Assembly: GCA_052437175.1 (NCBI GenBank)
Contig: JBQVOK010000001.1
Coordinates: 628,226 to 692,225 of the forward strand
Direction: 5' to 3'
From: Flavobacteriales bacterium
GTDB taxonomy: Bacteria; Bacteroidota; Bacteroidia; CAIKAF01
DNA: 64,000 nt
The notes beneath the pieces are model-generated. The model had not been told where the DNA came from. It was given only the letters and a program-made list of their open reading frames with translations, and did no database searches. The translations under genes were made by a program, and so were the position numbers. Shown here piece after piece: positions 36,010 through 45,437 of this stretch (positions are counted from its first letter, which is position 1; each line of letters starts with the position of its first letter).

Positions 36010-36918
36010 ATGAGAACGGCCGGGGCCTTATTTATGTATTTTATGTGGATGGCTGCATACGCCCAGTCTGTAGATTGGCCCTTTACGGCAGGGTACAACA
36101 GGTATCCCCACAATTTTCCGACGCGGCCGGAATTGCCCCTGGACGGCCGGATCTATTATGAATACCACGGAGAGACCATCTGGCATTTTGTGCCTTTCAG
36201 CGGCTGGTGCAGCGATACCCTGCCTGTGGTAGACCGTAATTACGTGAGTTATGATAATCCCTACTGTGAACCGTATTTCGGGGGTATGCCCATGGCTGAA
36301 CAGTACCCGGACCGGGTCTTTTACCGGGTGGAGAACGGTGTACTGCAAAACGGTTTTCTGAACGACAGCCTGCAGGTCTGGCACCGGAAAGAGCCGCTGT
36401 GCAGCGCTTATTACCAGGACGGGCTCCTGCAGGGCGACGTTTGCTTTTATTACGTGAATGATCCGTTGTATCCTGGAAAATACCCGGCCGCTGCCCTGAA
36501 AGCTTCCGGATGTTACGAAAAAGGATATCGTTGCGGAGAATGGCTCTACTATAACGAAAACGGCAGCATACGGGAAAGCCGGGACTACGGAACAGGCAGT
36601 GCCTGGCCGCTGCGGCAGGTACATTACCAGAAAGAGGGCCATACCCGGGATGTTCGTTTTGTTACGGCAGGTGTTCCCGGGGAAAGCTGTATGTACAACG
36701 CAGCCGGGGAGCGGGTGTCCGTAGAGTTGCTGACAGACCACCGCCTGAATGAAAAGGGGCAGGATTGCTGGCTGTATGAAGTGAAAAGTTTTTACCCGGG
36801 CGGCGGACTCAGATCGTCATGGACCGAATGGAGGGGAAACTGGGGTGTACGCCGTACAGGGCCTGAAGTATATTTTGATGAGGACGGCAGCGTTACCCGT
36901 AGCCTGGAACATGAATAA
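36010..36918 (+). CDS. Secreted hypothetical protein with MORN-variant (YwqK-like) repeats
   Basis: 302 aa with signal peptide MRTAGALFMYFMWMAAYAQ. Repeat-like units include YYQDGLLQGDVCFYY, GYRCGEWLYYNENGSI and GPEVYFDEDGSV. Confidence 0.6.
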   Translation: MRTAGALFMYFMWMAAYAQSVDWPFTAGYNRYPHNFPTRPELPLDGRIYYEYHGETIWHFVPFSGWCSDTLPVVDRNYVSYDNPYCEPYFGGMPMAEQYPDRVFYRVENGVLQNGFLNDSLQVWHRKEPLCSAYYQDGLLQGDVCFYYVNDPLYPGKYPAAALKASGCYEKGYRCGEWLYYNENGSIRESRDYGTGSAWPLRQVHYQKEGHTRDVRFVTAGVPGESCMYNAAGERVSVELLTDHRLNEKGQDCWLYEVKSFYPGGGLRSSWTEWRGNWGVRRTGPEVYFDEDGSVTRSLEHE

Positions 36919-37028
36919 CTGGATGTTAATATGGAGCGAACGGCATTGAGTTTCCTTTTTTTTACTATATTGAACGCACATCTCCGATTTTCCGGATCTG
37001 TATTGATTAATATACTAAAAATACGGTT

Positions 37029-38537
37029 ATGAAAAAAGACACCAATCGCAGACTCACTACCGCATCCGGTATTCCCTATGTGGAAAATGAGAACAGTATG
37101 ACTGCCGGACCGCGGGGTCCCGTGCTGTTGCAGGACTTTATCCTGCACGAGAAAATGGCCCACTTTAACCGGGAACGCATACCCGAGCGCGTGGTGCACG
37201 CCAAGGGTTCCGGGGCCTTCGGAACCTTTACCGTAACCAACGATATTACAAAGTATACAAAAGCGAAAATATTCAGTAAAATAGGGAAGGAGACAAAGGT
37301 CTTCGCACGTTTTTCCACCGTGGGCGGCGAAAAGGGCAGTGCCGATACAGAACGTGACCCGCGCGGTTTTGCCGTGAAATTCTACACGGAAGACGGCAAC
37401 TGGGACCTGGTAGGCAATAACACACCGGTTTTCTTTATCAAGGACGCCAAGAAATTCAGCGATTTTATCCATACCCAGAAGCGTGACCCGCGAACAAACT
37501 GTAAAAGTCCAACCATGATGTGGGATTTCTGGAGTCTTAACCCCGAAAGCCTGCACCAGGTCATGATCCTGATGAGTGACCGGGGTACGCCCTATGGCTA
37601 CCGCCACATGCACGGTTTCGGCAGTCATACCTTCAGTATGATCAACAAAGAAAATGAACGGGTATGGGTAAAGTTTCACTTTAAGACCGAACAGGGCATC
37701 AAAAACTTTACGGACGCTGAAGCCGCCGATATGAAGAGCCGGGATATGGACTTTGCGCAGCGCGACCTGGTAGAGGCCATCGATCATAAGGACTTTCCCA
37801 GATGGATGCTCAAAATACAGGTAATGACGGAAGAACAGGCAAAGGCGTTCCGTTTTAATCCCTTCGATCTGACCAAGATATGGCCGCATGCCGATTTCCC
37901 GCTCATCGACGTAGGGGTAATGGAACTGAACCAGATCCCGAAGAATTACTTTGCAGATGTGGAACAGTCGGCTTTTGCCCCTGCCCATGTCGTGGACGGC
38001 ATCAGTTATTCGCCCGATAAAATGTTACAGGGCCGTATTCTTTCCTACCCGGATGCGCACAGGTACCGCCTGGGCGGAAATTACGAGCAGATACCCGTGA
38101 ACCGTTGTCCGTACATGACGGCCAATTATGAGCGGGACGGCTTTATGGCTGTGAACGGCAACGGGGAGGACGATCCCAATTACTATCCGAACAGTTTCGA
38201 CGACATTTATGCCGATGAAAATTATAAACAGGCTCCCATGGAACTGGACGGGGTTATTGCCGACTGGTACGACCGGAATGCTCCCGGCGAGGACGATCAC
38301 TATACGCAACCGGGCTGGCTCTTCAACAAGGCCATGAACGATTACGACCGGCATAACCTGGTATCGAATATCGTGGGCGCCATGAGCGGTATCGGCGGAC
38401 CTAAAAAAGACCTGATCATCCATCGCCAGCTTTGCCATTTCTTCCGTGCCGATGTCGCCCTGGGAACGGCCATTGCAAAAGGGCTGGGCGTAGATGTGGA
38501 AAAAGTAATGGAAGAACTGAAACACAAACCCCAATAA
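37029..38537 (+). CDS. Monofunctional haem catalase (small-subunit type)
   Basis: 502 aa. Catalase motifs: FNRERIPERVVHAKGSGAFG and RGFAVKFYTEDGNWDLVGNNTPVFF. The proximal Tyr region is RILSYPDAHRYRLG. Confidence 0.97.
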   Translation: MKKDTNRRLTTASGIPYVENENSMTAGPRGPVLLQDFILHEKMAHFNRERIPERVVHAKGSGAFGTFTVTNDITKYTKAKIFSKIGKETKVFARFSTVGGEKGSADTERDPRGFAVKFYTEDGNWDLVGNNTPVFFIKDAKKFSDFIHTQKRDPRTNCKSPTMMWDFWSLNPESLHQVMILMSDRGTPYGYRHMHGFGSHTFSMINKENERVWVKFHFKTEQGIKNFTDAEAADMKSRDMDFAQRDLVEAIDHKDFPRWMLKIQVMTEEQAKAFRFNPFDLTKIWPHADFPLIDVGVMELNQIPKNYFADVEQSAFAPAHVVDGISYSPDKMLQGRILSYPDAHRYRLGGNYEQIPVNRCPYMTANYERDGFMAVNGNGEDDPNYYPNSFDDIYADENYKQAPMELDGVIADWYDRNAPGEDDHYTQPGWLFNKAMNDYDRHNLVSNIVGAMSGIGGPKKDLIIHRQLCHFFRADVALGTAIAKGLGVDVEKVMEELKHKPQ

Positions 38538-38554
38538 TTTATCTTTTCGTATAT

Positions 38555-39649
38555 ATGTTTTTATCGCACTTTCACCGCTGCCGATCTGCTTATGAATATA
38601 CAAAAATAGGTCTGCTGTTCCTGCTGTTGCCGGCAGGGAGTCTGAAGGCCCAGAAATTAACCAGAGAAGCGCTGTATTATTCGCAGACGCCGGGCAATCT
38701 TGTTAAAATGGAACGCGAGTATACTGGGGTTGACGGCATTCCTGAACTGCTGCTGCAGATAGAGCCGGGGAAGGATATCCGCTACCGCAGCGAAAAAACG
38801 TATACCAATGGAGACACAGCTGTTACGGAGTGGATATACGGGCGCATACGCAGAATACCTACCCGCGCGGAACAATTCCTGGCTGCCGATAAACAGGTGT
38901 ATGAGCAGGATATACGTGCGGGGTTCACAAGGTTCAGTTATTACAATAAAGATGTACATGTGGGTGATACTGTTGTACGTATCGATCCGCGTGCAGCCGA
39001 CAATTACAGGGCCATACTGGCACGGTCCTTCATCCGGAAACTGCAGAGAGGACGCCTGACCATCGATCTTTCTCCGGAATACCGCGAAGTGCAGACCATA
39101 GAACGCTTTTACCGGGTAGACGGCCGCCTGGTCCGGGCCGAATGGCTTGACCCGGCCGCTGATCCGTATTACAGGGTACTGATGGCCTGGAAAGAACAGT
39201 CGTTATTACGTGTATACGAAAAAAAGCAAAATGGCCGTTTCGAAGAAGAAAGAAGCGAGTTGTTGAGCTGGAATGAAGACCGCTCGGAGCTTCGTATGCA
39301 GACATTTACGGGTTCTGATGTCCCGTCCGGCGATTACCGGCTGAAGGTCCATAATAACCGTCTTCGCCGCTACGAGGCAGGGAATAAAAAATGGTCGGAG
39401 GAAACCGTATACTACAAAGGCCCCGATCTGTTTACCTGGATAACGGGCACACTGCCCGGAAAAGAACATTATGTGCGGTATGAGCTGCAGGACCCGGCAA
39501 TACCACTGATGAAGCGGCGTTTTCTGGTAAAAGGCACGGTGTATATAGATAGTTATACGTTCGCGCCCTTTTCTCATACGTTTCATTCTGGCATCAGCCG
39601 GAAGAACGGATTTTTTCAGAGTGAGGTGCGGTATTTCTATTACCAATAG
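38555..39649 (+). CDS. Hypothetical secreted protein
   Basis: The ORF opens at 38432 inside the catalase gene. ATG 38555 gives a hydrophobic leader (IGLLFLLLPAGSLKAQ). The protein is Tyr/Arg-rich with beta-rich composition and ends VRYFYYQ. Confidence 0.6.
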   Translation: MFLSHFHRCRSAYEYTKIGLLFLLLPAGSLKAQKLTREALYYSQTPGNLVKMEREYTGVDGIPELLLQIEPGKDIRYRSEKTYTNGDTAVTEWIYGRIRRIPTRAEQFLAADKQVYEQDIRAGFTRFSYYNKDVHVGDTVVRIDPRAADNYRAILARSFIRKLQRGRLTIDLSPEYREVQTIERFYRVDGRLVRAEWLDPAADPYYRVLMAWKEQSLLRVYEKKQNGRFEEERSELLSWNEDRSELRMQTFTGSDVPSGDYRLKVHNNRLRRYEAGNKKWSEETVYYKGPDLFTWITGTLPGKEHYVRYELQDPAIPLMKRRFLVKGTVYIDSYTFAPFSHTFHSGISRKNGFFQSEVRYFYYQ

Positions 39650-39723
39650 GATGCGGGCAGATTTTAAGGGAGCATACAGTAAGGAAACCGTGTGATTCAA
39701 CAGGAGCGAAATGTTTTACCACC

Positions 39724-40236
39724 ATGGACAAAATACCAGCCATTCAAAACAAAATACGGGAGATCCGTAACCAGAAAGTAATACTCGATGCCGATCTGGC
39801 CGCACTCTACGGAGTGGAAACCAAGCGCCTCAAGGAAGCTGTGCGCCGGAATATCGCGCGTTTCCCGGAGGACTTTATGTTCGAGCTCAGCGAAGAAGAG
39901 ACGGAAAGTTTGAGGACGCAATTTGCGTCCTCAAAAAGAGGAGGGAGCCGCTATCATTCTTTTGCCTTTACGGAGCAGGGAGTGGCCATGCTTTCCGGTG
40001 TACTGAACACGCCCCGGGCCATAGAAGTAAATATTGGCATTATGCGGGCTTTTGTGCTGATGAGACAATATGCACTTTCGCACAAAGATCTTACGCATAA
40101 GCTGAAAGAACTGGAGAAACAGTACCATCAGCAATTCAGCGATGTATACGAGGCCATTAATTACCTGCTGGCCAAAGACCGCCAGGAATTCGAATTCAGG
40201 GAGCGGAAAAGGATCGGCTACGTTAAAAACGGGTAG
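39724..40236 (+). CDS. ORF6N (KilA-N-like) DNA-binding domain protein
   Basis: 170 aa. ORF6N signature: IRNQKVILDADLAALYGVETKRLKEAVRRNIARFPEDFMFEL...FAFTEQGVAMLSGVLNTPRAIEVNIGIMRAF. Confidence 0.85.
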   Translation: MDKIPAIQNKIREIRNQKVILDADLAALYGVETKRLKEAVRRNIARFPEDFMFELSEEETESLRTQFASSKRGGSRYHSFAFTEQGVAMLSGVLNTPRAIEVNIGIMRAFVLMRQYALSHKDLTHKLKELEKQYHQQFSDVYEAINYLLAKDRQEFEFRERKRIGYVKNG

Positions 40237-40255
40237 GCTCCATTACGGCACAAAA

Positions 40256-40286
40256 AAAAGGATGCCCGTTCAGAGAGCATCCTTTT
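40256..40286. terminator. Bidirectional Rho-independent terminator between ORF6N gene and E1 gene
   Basis: Stem AAAAGGATGC / GCATCCTTTT with an 11-nt loop. A-runs and T-runs flank it on both sides. Confidence 0.6.
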
Positions 40287-40314
40287 GTATTGAGGTTATT
40301 GAAAATTCAACGGA

Positions 40315-42750
40315 TTATTCGAATAGTGAAGGATATATTTCCGGTTTGCATTCGTGCATCAGCTGGTAAATACCTTCGCAGATGTCTTCACTGCTGGGCT
40401 TGCTGAAGTAGTCTCCGTCGCTGGCATAGGCCGGGCGGTGGTCCTGTGCACTGATGGTGCGGGCAGGAGCGTCCAGGTATACAAAAGCGTTCTGGTCTTC
40501 CACGATCTGCTGCAGCAGGTAAGCGCTGGCGCCACCTCGAACGTCTTCGTCCACCACCACCAGGCGGTTGGTTTTCTTCACGCTCTGTGCGCAGATGCCT
40601 TCCAGGTCGAAGGGCAGCAGGGTCTGTGCGTCGATCAGTTCCACACTGATGCCCATTTTTTCCAGCTCCGCAGCGGCCTCTTCGCATACGCGCAGGGTAC
40701 TTCCGTAAGAAACAACGGTAACGTCCGTACCTTCTTTCAGAATTTCGGCCTTGCCCAGGGGCACGGTGAACTTACCGATGTTCGAAGGCATATTTTCTTT
40801 GAGGCGATAGCCGTTCAGCGGTTCAATGACAATGGCAGGATCGTCGGACTGCAGCAGGGTGTTGTACATACCGGCCGCCTGTGTCATATTGCGGGGTACG
40901 CACACGTATACACCGCGTACGCTGTGCAGGATCATGCCGATGGGAGAGCCGCTGTGCCAGATACCTTCCAGGCGGTGCCCGCGGGTGCTGATGATCAGCG
41001 GTGCGCTTTGTCCGTTCTTGGTGCGGTAGCGCAGGGTGGCCAGGTCGTCGCTGATGGTCTGCAGACCGTACAGCAGGTAATCGAGGTACTGGATCTCGGC
41101 CACGGGACGCAGTCCGCGCATGGCCATACCCAATCCCTGACCCACGATGGTCATTTCGCGGATACCGGTATCGAACACGCGCATTTCACCGTGCTTTTTC
41201 TGCATGCCTTCCAGGGTCTGGTTCACGCCGCCGATACCGCCCACATCTTCGCCGAAGATGCATACTTCCGGGTGGTTCTCGAGGATGTGGTCCCAGTTCT
41301 CGCGCAGCACGATGCGGCCGTCGGTCTGGTTATCGCCGTCGTATTGCGGCCTGATCTCCTTTACGCGCAGTGCCGAAAGTTTGTTCTCGGCATAGAGGTA
41401 CGCGTTGTATCTTTCTTTGTTGATCTCTTTCTGTTCGCTGAGCCAGAGGCTGAGTGCCTGGCGCTGTACGTTTTTCTCGAAACGGGTAATGTGCAGGGCT
41501 TTGCGCACGGTGCTGATCACGTGGCTGCGGCCCGGATCTGCCGTTTTTTCGAGCGTGGTGGCCATTTCGTTCAGACGCTCGGTCTGTGCAGAAACCACGG
41601 CCAGGGAGCGGATGGCCTGCACGGCTTCGTCCAGTTCGGCTTTGATAGCGCTCTGGAATTCAGCCCAGGCTTCCTGTTTAGAGGTACGTACGTATTTTTT
41701 GGCTTCCTCTTCAATGGCGGCGACCTCTTCTTCGGTAGCCAGTCCGTGTTCGGTAAGCCATAGACGCATCTGGCGCAGGCAGTCGTATTCCGATTCCCAG
41801 TCCAGGCGGTCTTTGCTTTTATAACGTTCGTGTGAGCCCGAAGTGGAGTGTCCCTGCGGCTGTGTGCACTCTTCCACGTGTATCAGCACGGGAATGTGTT
41901 CCAGGCGGCAGGTGGCCACGGCTTTCTGGTAGGTTTCCACCAGTTCGCTGTAATTCCAGGCACGGGCATTGAAAATAAGCATGCCCGGACCGTTCTCATC
42001 TTTCTGAAATCCGCGCAGGGCTTCGGAAATACTGCCTTTTGCGGTCTGGTACTTTTTAGGCACGGAAATTCCGTAACCGTCGTCCCATACGCTCATGCAC
42101 AGGGGTACCTGCAACACGGTGGCGGCATTCATCGTTTCCCAGAAATGTCCTTCCGAGGTACTGGCATCGCCGATGGTACCAAAAGCTACTTCGTTGCCGT
42201 TCACCGAAAATTCTTTCAGGTCCTTCAGCTCTTTATTCTGCCGGAAATGTTTAGAGGCCAGCGCCAGGCCCAGCAGACGGGGCATTTGTCCCGCGGTGGG
42301 CGAAATATCGGCCGAGGAGTTTTTATGCTGGGCGGTAGCGATACGGTTCCCGTTCTTATCCAGGAAACGCGTGGCGTAGTGTCCGTTCATCTGGCGGCCA
42401 CCGGTCATGGGTTCTTTTTCGATGCTGGGATCGGCGTACAGCTGGGCAAAGAATTGTTTTACGGTCATCAGTCCCGCAGCCATCATAAAGGTCTGGTCAC
42501 GGTAATAACCGCTGCGCCAGTCTCCCTTACGGAAAACCTTGGCCAGGGCGATCTGGGCCACTTCCTTACCGTCGCCGAAGATCCCGAATTTGGCCTTGCC
42601 GGTAAGTACCTCGCGGCGCCCCAGCAGGGAAGCTTCGCGGCTTTCGCAGGCAATGCGGTAGTCGTTCAGTACTTCGGTCTTGAAATCCTCGAACGTGATC
42701 TTCTCGTTATCAAGTACGTTCGTTTCTCTATATGTGTTTGATTGACTCAT
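40315..42750 (-). CDS. Fused E1 alpha/beta 2-oxoacid dehydrogenase, long form
   Basis: 811 aa. It has an E1-alpha TPP region (GTIGDASTSEGHFWETMNAATVLQVPLCMSVWDDGYGIS) and an E1-beta region (FGEDVGGIGGVNQT...RVFDTGIREMTIVG). No E2 or E3 gene is adjacent. Confidence 0.9.
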   Translation of the reverse strand: MSQSNTYRETNVLDNEKITFEDFKTEVLNDYRIACESREASLLGRREVLTGKAKFGIFGDGKEVAQIALAKVFRKGDWRSGYYRDQTFMMAAGLMTVKQFFAQLYADPSIEKEPMTGGRQMNGHYATRFLDKNGNRIATAQHKNSSADISPTAGQMPRLLGLALASKHFRQNKELKDLKEFSVNGNEVAFGTIGDASTSEGHFWETMNAATVLQVPLCMSVWDDGYGISVPKKYQTAKGSISEALRGFQKDENGPGMLIFNARAWNYSELVETYQKAVATCRLEHIPVLIHVEECTQPQGHSTSGSHERYKSKDRLDWESEYDCLRQMRLWLTEHGLATEEEVAAIEEEAKKYVRTSKQEAWAEFQSAIKAELDEAVQAIRSLAVVSAQTERLNEMATTLEKTADPGRSHVISTVRKALHITRFEKNVQRQALSLWLSEQKEINKERYNAYLYAENKLSALRVKEIRPQYDGDNQTDGRIVLRENWDHILENHPEVCIFGEDVGGIGGVNQTLEGMQKKHGEMRVFDTGIREMTIVGQGLGMAMRGLRPVAEIQYLDYLLYGLQTISDDLATLRYRTKNGQSAPLIISTRGHRLEGIWHSGSPIGMILHSVRGVYVCVPRNMTQAAGMYNTLLQSDDPAIVIEPLNGYRLKENMPSNIGKFTVPLGKAEILKEGTDVTVVSYGSTLRVCEEAAAELEKMGISVELIDAQTLLPFDLEGICAQSVKKTNRLVVVDEDVRGGASAYLLQQIVEDQNAFVYLDAPARTISAQDHRPAYASDGDYFSKPSSEDICEGIYQLMHECKPEIYPSLFE

Positions 42751-42834
42751 AAGCGATATCTAACAGGAAACAAAAATAACTTTTTTGGCGGGTTTTGCCA
42801 ACCGCAAGGCGAAAAGCTGCCTTTCGGAGGCCGG

Positions 42835-43785
42835 TCAGTGTTTGTAGTAACGGTAGCTGCTCAGCCTGGCTTCCCGGTTCAGTACCCTGGTTTCAATGCT
42901 TACCCAGCCATCTGAATTATAGGTATAAAACAGGGGCGGCGAGCACTGGTAATAGCTAAATGCTTCAACGGCGATCAGCCTTTGCTGTTGCGGGTCGTAC
43001 ACATAATGCTTTTCGCAGAAGGGAGAGGTGCCGGCCGGGGAAACCGTGTACGTATTTTCCTGCACCAGGAGCCCGTTCTCATACATTTCCTCTTTGCCCT
43101 TGTGCATCTTGTTGTCCCGGCCCGCCTCGTTATGCCAGTAAATGTAGGTGCAGGTGTTTCCCGATGTGTGTACAGACACGGAATCGAGGGCGTTCCCTGA
43201 CCGTATCTTTACATTCCGGTTCCGGTTGTCGAAGCTGTATTCGGTATCCGCATCGTAGCGGTTCGAATCCAGCAGTACGGTGCCCGAATCCGAGGACGAA
43301 AGCAGGCGGAGCCGGTGAATGAGCACCCTTTCGTTCCGGGGATACAGCCGGCCTTCCAGATCCCGTAATTCAGAAGTATAGTAGATGAGCCGGCCCTGTA
43401 CATCGTAAGCCATACTGTCCTGTACAAACAGGTGGCCATTCCAGCGGCGCGCGGCAACCAGCGCCCCGGAGCTGTTATAACGGAACAGGGTAGAGTCGTT
43501 CAGCGTACGTTTTTTATGTTTCGGGTCGGGGTATACCCTATAGGTTTTTATAATCTGCCCGGCCTTGTTCAGCAGGTGTTCGGTATGCTCCGTCCAGCTG
43601 TATTCAATGCGCAGGCGTTGTATCCCGCTCCCCGGCAGGGCCTTCAGTATGTGAGGGGGCAGCTCGTATACCTCGTTCAGGCCGATCCCGTCAAAACGGT
43701 AGGTGGCGGGGGCAAAATGTTGCGCAAAAATATCTTTCAGAGGCAACAGGATAAGTAACAGGACGAAACCGCGGCGGAGCATCAT
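42835..43785 (-). CDS. Hypothetical secreted protein with YD/RHS-like short repeats
   Basis: The ORF opens at 43884. MM at 43785/43782 gives signal peptide MMLRRGFVLLLILLPLKDIFAQ. Repeat-like units include YNSSGALV, YDVQGRLIYY and YNSDGWV. It ends YRYYKH. Confidence 0.6.
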   Translation of the reverse strand: MMLRRGFVLLLILLPLKDIFAQHFAPATYRFDGIGLNEVYELPPHILKALPGSGIQRLRIEYSWTEHTEHLLNKAGQIIKTYRVYPDPKHKKRTLNDSTLFRYNSSGALVAARRWNGHLFVQDSMAYDVQGRLIYYTSELRDLEGRLYPRNERVLIHRLRLLSSSDSGTVLLDSNRYDADTEYSFDNRNRNVKIRSGNALDSVSVHTSGNTCTYIYWHNEAGRDNKMHKGKEEMYENGLLVQENTYTVSPAGTSPFCEKHYVYDPQQQRLIAVEAFSYYQCSPPLFYTYNSDGWVSIETRVLNREARLSSYRYYKH

Positions 43786-43888
43786 AATCAGGTATTGTGT
43801 TCCTTCAAAGATAAGAAACGCCGGGTAAAAAGAAAACGGAGCGCTGCGCAGTGGAGAGAAGGGCCTCTCCCCGAAAAAAAACACAAAC

Positions 43889-43896
43889 TATTTTTG
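43889..43896 (+). promoter_or_regulatory. Candidate -7 promoter box (TATTTTTG) for the ars operon
   Basis: Matches TAnnTTTG and lies 35 nt upstream of the arsR ATG. Confidence 0.3.
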
Positions 43897-43908
43897 CAGA
43901 CTTATTTT

Positions 43909-43928
43909 TATATCGTAATATTGCGATG
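43909..43928 (+). promoter_or_regulatory. 20-bp box 1 (TATATCGTAATATTGCGATG), candidate ArsR operator
   Basis: It lies between the -7 box and the arsR start. It matches the box at 44283-44302 at 18 of 20 positions. Confidence 0.4.
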
Positions 43929-43930
43929 AA

Positions 43931-44260
43931 ATGGGACTCACAAAATCCATATTATTTACAGACGAACAGAACGAGCTGGCAAACATGGCAAAAGTGCTGG
44001 GACACCCGGCGCGTATTGCAATACTTCAGCACATTATAGACCGTAAGACCTGTATCTGCAACGACCTGGTAGATGAGCTGGGGCTGGCGCAGGCCACCAT
44101 TTCGCAACACCTGAGAGAACTGAAGAATATAGGCATTATACAGGGGACGATCGAAGGTAAATCGGTGTGTTACTGCATTGAGGAAAAGAAATGGAACGAG
44201 ATCCGGCAACGGTTCCAGCAGTTCTTTGCACAGGATGTGAACGTGGAAAAATGCTGCTGA
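43931..44260 (+). CDS. arsR: ArsR/SmtB family metalloregulator
   Basis: 109 aa with a winged HTH (LGHPARIAILQHI...CICNDLVDELGLAQATISQHLRELKNIGI). The Cys-containing CIC motif sits at the usual As(III) site. Confidence 0.9.
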   Translation: MGLTKSILFTDEQNELANMAKVLGHPARIAILQHIIDRKTCICNDLVDELGLAQATISQHLRELKNIGIIQGTIEGKSVCYCIEEKKWNEIRQRFQQFFAQDVNVEKCC

Positions 44261-44282
44261 GAAGCCCTTTTTTTAGGTCCTA

Positions 44283-44302
44283 TATATCGTTATATTGCAA
44301 TG
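44283..44302 (+). promoter_or_regulatory. 20-bp box 2 (TATATCGTTATATTGCAATG), second candidate ArsR operator
   Basis: It lies in the 72-nt gap between arsR and the DUF6428 gene and matches box 1 at 18 of 20 positions. It contains the perfect palindrome ATTGCAAT. Confidence 0.4.
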
Positions 44303-44332
44303 TTACAATGTAAAAAATAAAAATATCATACT

Positions 44333-44794
44333 ATGACACTGGAACAGATCAAACAACTATTACCCGGTTTAGAGGCGGTTGAATTCCGCCTGGAGAACGG
44401 AACGGCGGTGCCGCCCCATTTTCATGTGACCGAAGTAGGCGCGCTGAGTAAGCATTTTATCGATTGTGGAGGTACCCTGCGCCAGGAAAGACAGATCAGC
44501 TTTCAGCTGTGGACCGCGGCCGACCATGATCACCGTTTGCAGGCAGGCAAGCTGCTTAACATTATTCGTTTAGCGGAAGAAAAGCTGGGCCTGGAAGATG
44601 CGGAGATCGAAGTGGAGTACCAGGGCGAGACCATCGGGAAATATGGCCTGGACTTTAACGGAACGCATTTTATTCTCCGGAACAAACAAACGGCCTGCCT
44701 GGCGGAAGATGCCTGCGGTGTTCCCCTGCAGAAAAAAAGGGTAGAGCTTTCTGACCTCTCCAATTCCTGCACACCCGGTTCCGGATGTTGTTAA
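44333..44794 (+). CDS. DUF6428 family protein (ars-operon associated)
   Basis: 153 aa. Family-typical motifs: PPHFHVTEVG, FIDCGGT and EVEYQGETIGKYGL. The C-terminus is Cys-rich (ACLAEDACG...SNSCTPGSGCC). Confidence 0.75.
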   Translation: MTLEQIKQLLPGLEAVEFRLENGTAVPPHFHVTEVGALSKHFIDCGGTLRQERQISFQLWTAADHDHRLQAGKLLNIIRLAEEKLGLEDAEIEVEYQGETIGKYGLDFNGTHFILRNKQTACLAEDACGVPLQKKRVELSDLSNSCTPGSGCC

Positions 44795-44804
44795 ACCGGC
44801 CATT

Positions 44805-45425
44805 ATGGAGCATTTTAACCGAAAAGATCACTGGGAGCATATTTACCGTAGTAAATCGCTGCAGGAAGTAAGCTGGTACCAGCCCAACCCCGAAACGTCG
44901 CTCTGGTTTATCCGTAAGTATGGACTGCCCCGGGATGCCCGGATCATTGACATCGGCGGAGGGGACAGTTTTCTTACAGACCACCTGCTGGAAGCGGGAT
45001 ACACAGACCTGACCGTGCTGGACATATCAGCGGTGGCGCTTGAGCGGGCACAGACCCGGCTGGGAGACAAAGCCGGCAGGGTACGCTGGATCCTTGCCGA
45101 TGTGCTGGATTTTGTGCCCGAAGAACCGTATGATCTCTGGCACGACAGGGCCGCGTTCCATTTTTTTACACGGGACGCGGAGATCGACAGGTATATACAA
45201 AAGGCGGCGGCCGGGCTTACAAAGAACGGGATGCTGGTTACCGGTACTTTCTCGGAACAGGGCCCCCGCAAATGCAGCGGTATCGAAGTAAAACAGTATT
45301 CGGAACACAGCCTGAGCGACCGTTTTAAACCCTGTTTCCGTAAAACGGAATGCATCAGCGCCGACCATAAAACACCGTCCGGAACGGTGCAGAACTTTGT
45401 GTTCTGTGGCTTCCGCAAAGAATAA
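44805..45425 (+). CDS. Class I SAM-dependent methyltransferase
   Basis: 206 aa. SAM-binding motif I is IIDIGGGDSFLTDHLL, followed by an acidic loop LDIS. It is shorter than canonical ArsM. Confidence 0.85.
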   Translation: MEHFNRKDHWEHIYRSKSLQEVSWYQPNPETSLWFIRKYGLPRDARIIDIGGGDSFLTDHLLEAGYTDLTVLDISAVALERAQTRLGDKAGRVRWILADVLDFVPEEPYDLWHDRAAFHFFTRDAEIDRYIQKAAAGLTKNGMLVTGTFSEQGPRKCSGIEVKQYSEHSLSDRFKPCFRKTECISADHKTPSGTVQNFVFCGFRKE

Positions 45426-45437
45426 GCATCACACAGT

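Noticed and set aside
38432-38554. Upstream extension of the 405-aa ORF into the catalase 3' end.
   Set aside because: The extension is Arg/Cys/Gly-rich and overlaps conserved catalase coding sequence. ATG 38555 lies after the catalase stop and precedes a signal-like hydrophobic segment.
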